A stretch of DNA of 62,499 bases, filler included. It is 7 parts of 7 records of this genome, joined end to end, with 100 filler letters (N's around TTAATTAATTAA, not from the genome) between each part and the next. Parts side by side here need not be neighbours in the genome. Positions count along the whole stretch, not along the records: positions 54,557 to 62,499 come from SRR7504441_39; 6 more parts are not named here. One strand, 5' to 3'. The notes beneath the pieces are model-generated. The model was not told where the DNA came from, ran no database searches, and saw only the letters and a program-made list of their open reading frames with translations. Both the position numbers and the translations under genes were made by a program. How positions within the stretch are numbered: the first letter of the stretch is position 1; each line of letters opens with the position of its first letter. Below are positions 58,901-62,499 of the stretch, piece after piece.

Positions 58901-61900
58901 TGTCTGTTTCCAGCACTTAGCCACCTCAGGGATTGTGAGCAGCTTGGGCCACTCCTGGAACTCCGGCCCCCAGTCCCTGAACGCCACGTGGTTCTGTTGG
59001 TTTGTCCGGACTACCTCGATCCAGGCTTTGAACTTCGAAAACCGATTGCACGCTGCGGTGGGTGTGCTTTCGTGATAAATTGCGGCCGACTCGATGAAAA
59101 AATCGGGCTCAGACGCTGCCACTGCTGCCCCAGCCGCAGCGGACGGCCGCATGTATGTAGTCGGGTCGTCGTGGCCTTCAGTGGGCTTGGCGCTCAAATT
59201 TTGCGCTTCGAGGAAAGACGTACAGAGAGTCTCGACCAAGTCAAAGACAGCCAGCTTCTCCTGTTGTTCTAAGGTTGTCGCACGCTGCAAATTTCTCGGT
59301 GACAGATCTAGCCAGCCTGCTGACTCATTCCTACTGTCCTTGATCGTTGTCTTGATTTCAGCGAAATGCGCGAGCATTTGGGGTCCAAGCTCCGTGATGA
59401 AACCCGAGCAAAGCTCAAACTTCCGCAGTACACTTTCGCTGATGGCGTATTTCTCCACCTTGAGGCTCGCTAGCTCCTCCAGCTCGGCAAGCCAGCCAGT
59501 CAGCCGAAGCTGGCGCACCTTGGCTTCATCAGGGTCTGTGGTCCAACCAGGCAGAGTGGAGCACAGGATGCAAAACTCTTCAAAGTCTCTCCGGTGAGAC
59601 GAGCCATCGTAATCGAGCCTCAGTGCTCTGACCAATCTATCGAGCACCCTTGTGTCCCTCGCGAGCTTCAGCTCAAGCTCTTGCTTGTCAATCACCTCTT
59701 GCCCGATCGTGCCCACCCGCTCCAGCCCCTCCACCTGCTCGGACGAGACCCCTTCGATCACGTTCAACTGGTTGAATGAAGCCTCGGCCTTCATCTGCTC
59801 TATCACACTCAGGCCAGGAGGGAACGTGAGCCACAGCTCCGGACGAGTCGAGTCAAACGCGTCATCAGCCTCCAACAGGCTCAGTGTGGCCATTAGAGAC
59901 TCGTCTTGGTTGTTCAGCGCAATCGTCGGACGTGGTGTATCATCGTACGCATCACCCGAGGAGGCACCATTGGGCGAAGTCGCATGGTTGTCCACCAAAT
60001 GAAGTCGGCTGTGCATCTCATGACACAGCCGCCGGCTGCACACCACACCGCGCTGAGCAGCCATCAGATTGCATATCTGGTGCAGCAACCCGACTGTAAG
60101 CGAAGACGGCACTTCCACCGGCATAGTGTCGACGCACAATTCTTCAAACCGCTGCCGCTGGAACCGGAGTGTGAATTTGACCCGGGGTTGGTGGTTGGTC
60201 ATACATGCCAGCACCCGCATCGCGCCGCTCTCTTTGAGCTTGACCAAGTGTCGGACCAACTTATCGCCGGCTGTGATCGCCTCACACATCCTATCGAGCA
60301 GCTTGGGGCTCCGTGTCGCAGTCCAGTTCTCCCTGACTGCTGCCTGCAGGTTGTTTTCTAGCCGTTCTGTCACCCACGGCTGCAGCTCGGCCGAGCCCCC
60401 CACCACGTCAAAGAATTGCCAACAGCGCCCAGCCGTGTGCCCGCAGAAGGCTTGGTAAAGCTCGGTTAGTCCGGCTGGTGCTGCCGGCTCCTGTGCGAGG
60501 TACGTATCATCGCCAAAGCACGGCCCAAACACGCGTTGGCCCTTTTGTTTATCTTGAATGTGATACCGCTCGCACAGCGCATCGATGAACTCAGTGACCT
60601 TACTAGTCTCTGTGATGCCCTCGAGCACGTAGTCGTCTAGCCGCATGCTCTCGGCTTGCTCGGCCCGTTCAGTCAAGAATCGGTTAAACTGCTCTGCAAT
60701 GCACTCGGCGATGTCAATCCTCACTTCCTGCTCCCGCAGGCTCAGCGAGTCGTCCTCCTTGATCAGGTCGAGCAGCACAAATTCGAGCAGTCCTGGGTGG
60801 TTGTGCAGGTCGCCCACTCTTGTCACCCAACCCTCCTCGAGCACTGCTGCAGCCGGCTGCAGCAGCCAGTGCCCAATATTGTGCATCAGCTCTCGATAGT
60901 GCGTGTTGTACCCACGCACGCGGTCGCTGGTGTACAGGCACAGCTGCAGGAAGTCCACCACCTACCTCCCGGCTGGCAGGCGCCGGCGGGGCACGATGCC
61001 TTGGTGTCTCCCGACCAGTTGTTGGCAAGGTAGCAGACCTGCCAAGCCGGTCAGCGCTCCTGCCAACCAACCAGCCACCCGCATCTGCCCTAAGCATATC
61101 GCAAACGATGTGCCGATCACAGCAAACCCGACAACCAGCCACCAGCACATGTCAAATAGCACCTGCGCCCGGCCTGAGCGCTCGTCTGAAGCCGGTCCCG
61201 GCTACCAGCAGCAGACTCTTGATCATCACCCAAAGCAAGAGCAGCAGCGCGAATAACAGCTCGTAAAGGCATATCAGCAGCGCTTCCCCAGGCACCAGGC
61301 AGCACTGCAGCTAGCTCAGCGCCGCCCCCGGCACCAGGCACCATCAGCGCGTCCCGGCAGCAGCCATCTCCGGACCCTGCACGCACCCGCTCTTCATACT
61401 CATCCTCAGTGATCGCTTCCTCCTCCGACAGCGGCAGGATCAGGCAGCCGTGCCCCGGGTGTATCCTCTCGGCCGCCCGCAACAGCCCGGCTACCCGCAC
61501 CGCCTCACCCTGGTAGAAGTTGGCCCACACACGCTCTGTCCAGCTGCCCGCGCCCCGTCGGCCCAGCCCGGCCCGTGGCCAGCCACCCGTGCGGCACCCC
61601 CATCCAGCACACATTACCGGTCGCCCCGAACCTGCCCGGTCGTCCGCGCCCGGCGGCGGGTCGCCCACCCAGCGACGAGTGACTCCGGATACTCTGGCCC
61701 GTCCCCGTAAGTCCGGAGCAGCTCCAGTCCTGAGTAGAATATCGCGTCGGCCGGGGCCCCGGGCCAGCGCTGCTGGGTGCGCTCGGCCTCCTGGTCGAAG
61801 AGCTGCTCGTTCCAGTCGTAGTCGTAATGCTTGTCCACGAATGTGCGGGCAGCTTCGCGCGAGAGCATCCGGGGCTTGCAGCACCAGGGCCCGTGAGCCA

Positions 61901-61985
61901 GACCCCGGATGAGCACGCCGACCGACCGCCAGAGGCAAGGCAGCCAGCCCCGGACCCCGCGAAGCGTCCGAAGCCGCACGCTCAT
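55965..61985 (-). CDS. Very large XK-related (Xkr scramblase-like) membrane protein with an N-terminal hydrophobic hairpin and long helical region; about 9-10 introns
   Basis: XK motifs ADTGSDIAAAYVYF...WWFGMT, AEVVVESMPQMML..Y, ISLGFSV and LLEVSARVIAISVF. Short introns (60962-60999, 58419-58460, 58166-58207) join the upstream ORFs in frame. The first exons are uncertain. Confidence 0.7.
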
Positions 61986-62158
61986 GCTTCAAGGTTCGGG
62001 CCTGTGAGATTGCGACATTGTCTGCTTCATTTTGATTCACAACATGAGATTTGCCGGCACAACAACAACAACGGCACTGCGCCAGTGTCGCTGCGGCAGT
62101 GCTTGCAGAGCCTGGCGGCCCTGCTGGCGGCCCTGTGAGGGCTGCGGGGTGAGGCCGG

Positions 62159-62499
62159 ATGCCCAAGCGCAAGTCCAACCGGAAGCCGAAGAGGCCGGAC
62201 TCGCCCCCGTCCAAGTCCAAGGCGGGCGTCGGTGGCGACTGGCAGCCTGCCGGGGCTGATGCAGGCGGCAGAGCCGGCGGAGGAGGAGGAGGAGCTGATC
62301 GAGGAGGCGGAGCAGGAGGAGCAGGACGGTGCGGGCCGGGCTGCCGGCCAGCAGGTGGCCTGAGTGGGCGGCGCGGTGGCAGAGGAGGAGGAGGGCGAGG
62401 AGGAGGAGGGCGAGGAGGAGGGTGACGAGGAGGAGGGTGACGAGGAGGGCGGCGACGAGGAGGAGGCAGCGGAGGAGGAGGAGGAGGAGGAGGAAGAGG
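62159..62499 (+). CDS. 5' part of a protein with a basic NLS-like start and Glu-rich low-complexity region
   Basis: MPKRKSNRKPKR..., two short introns, then (GAG)n acidic tracts running off the window. Confidence 0.6.

Noticed and set aside
3125-62374. Introner-like mobile introns
   Set aside because: The introns are similar in length but share no recognisable sequence, terminal inverted repeats or consistent target duplications.
156-62499. Frameshifted pseudogenes, programmed frameshifting or stop-codon reassignment to explain broken ORFs
   Set aside because: The breaks I traced resolve with short GT/GC-AG introns, and TAA, TAG and TGA all terminate genes normally.
62277-62499. GAG-rich tandem repeats as a satellite or telomere
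   Set aside because: They encode a poly-Glu acidic region in frame after splicing.
1-62499. CRISPR arrays, tRNA/rRNA genes, transposases or viral genes
   Set aside because: No repeat-spacer periodicity, cloverleaf or rRNA signature, and no transposase, RT or capsid motifs recognised.

Overview
This window is eukaryotic nuclear DNA, most likely from a protist MAG/SAG; I cannot assign the lineage. It consists of seven separate contigs joined by artificial 100-nt N44-TTAATTAATTAA-N44 linkers, so genes on different contigs are not neighbours. The genome is very compact and uses the standard code. Introns are mostly 36-50 nt, GC-rich, lack a polypyrimidine tract and often use GC-AG ends. Most genes are head-to-head pairs with only 38-173 bp between start codons. 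About 25 genes can be reconstructed across introns. Housekeeping genes: NEK1-like kinase, importin-7/8-like, NSUN-like methylase, SLC25 carrier, GCSH, Snf2/BRM remodeler and a WD40 protein. The most interesting loci are three NAD-handling, immunity-like proteins. (1) A ~2009-aa single-pass receptor at 43070-49225 has hevein-like chitin-binding modules, a Kelch propeller and a beta-helix stalk outside, and two tandem TIR domains inside that both keep the NADase glutamate; the TIRs only appear after three short introns are removed. (2) An LRR / HET-TIR-like / LRR / EF-hand protein at 15672-20894. (3) An intronless repeat-domain, coiled-coil, ADP-ribosyltransferase-fold protein with a non-standard R-H-V triad at 4301-6124. 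All family assignments come from motif recognition by eye; no searches were run.
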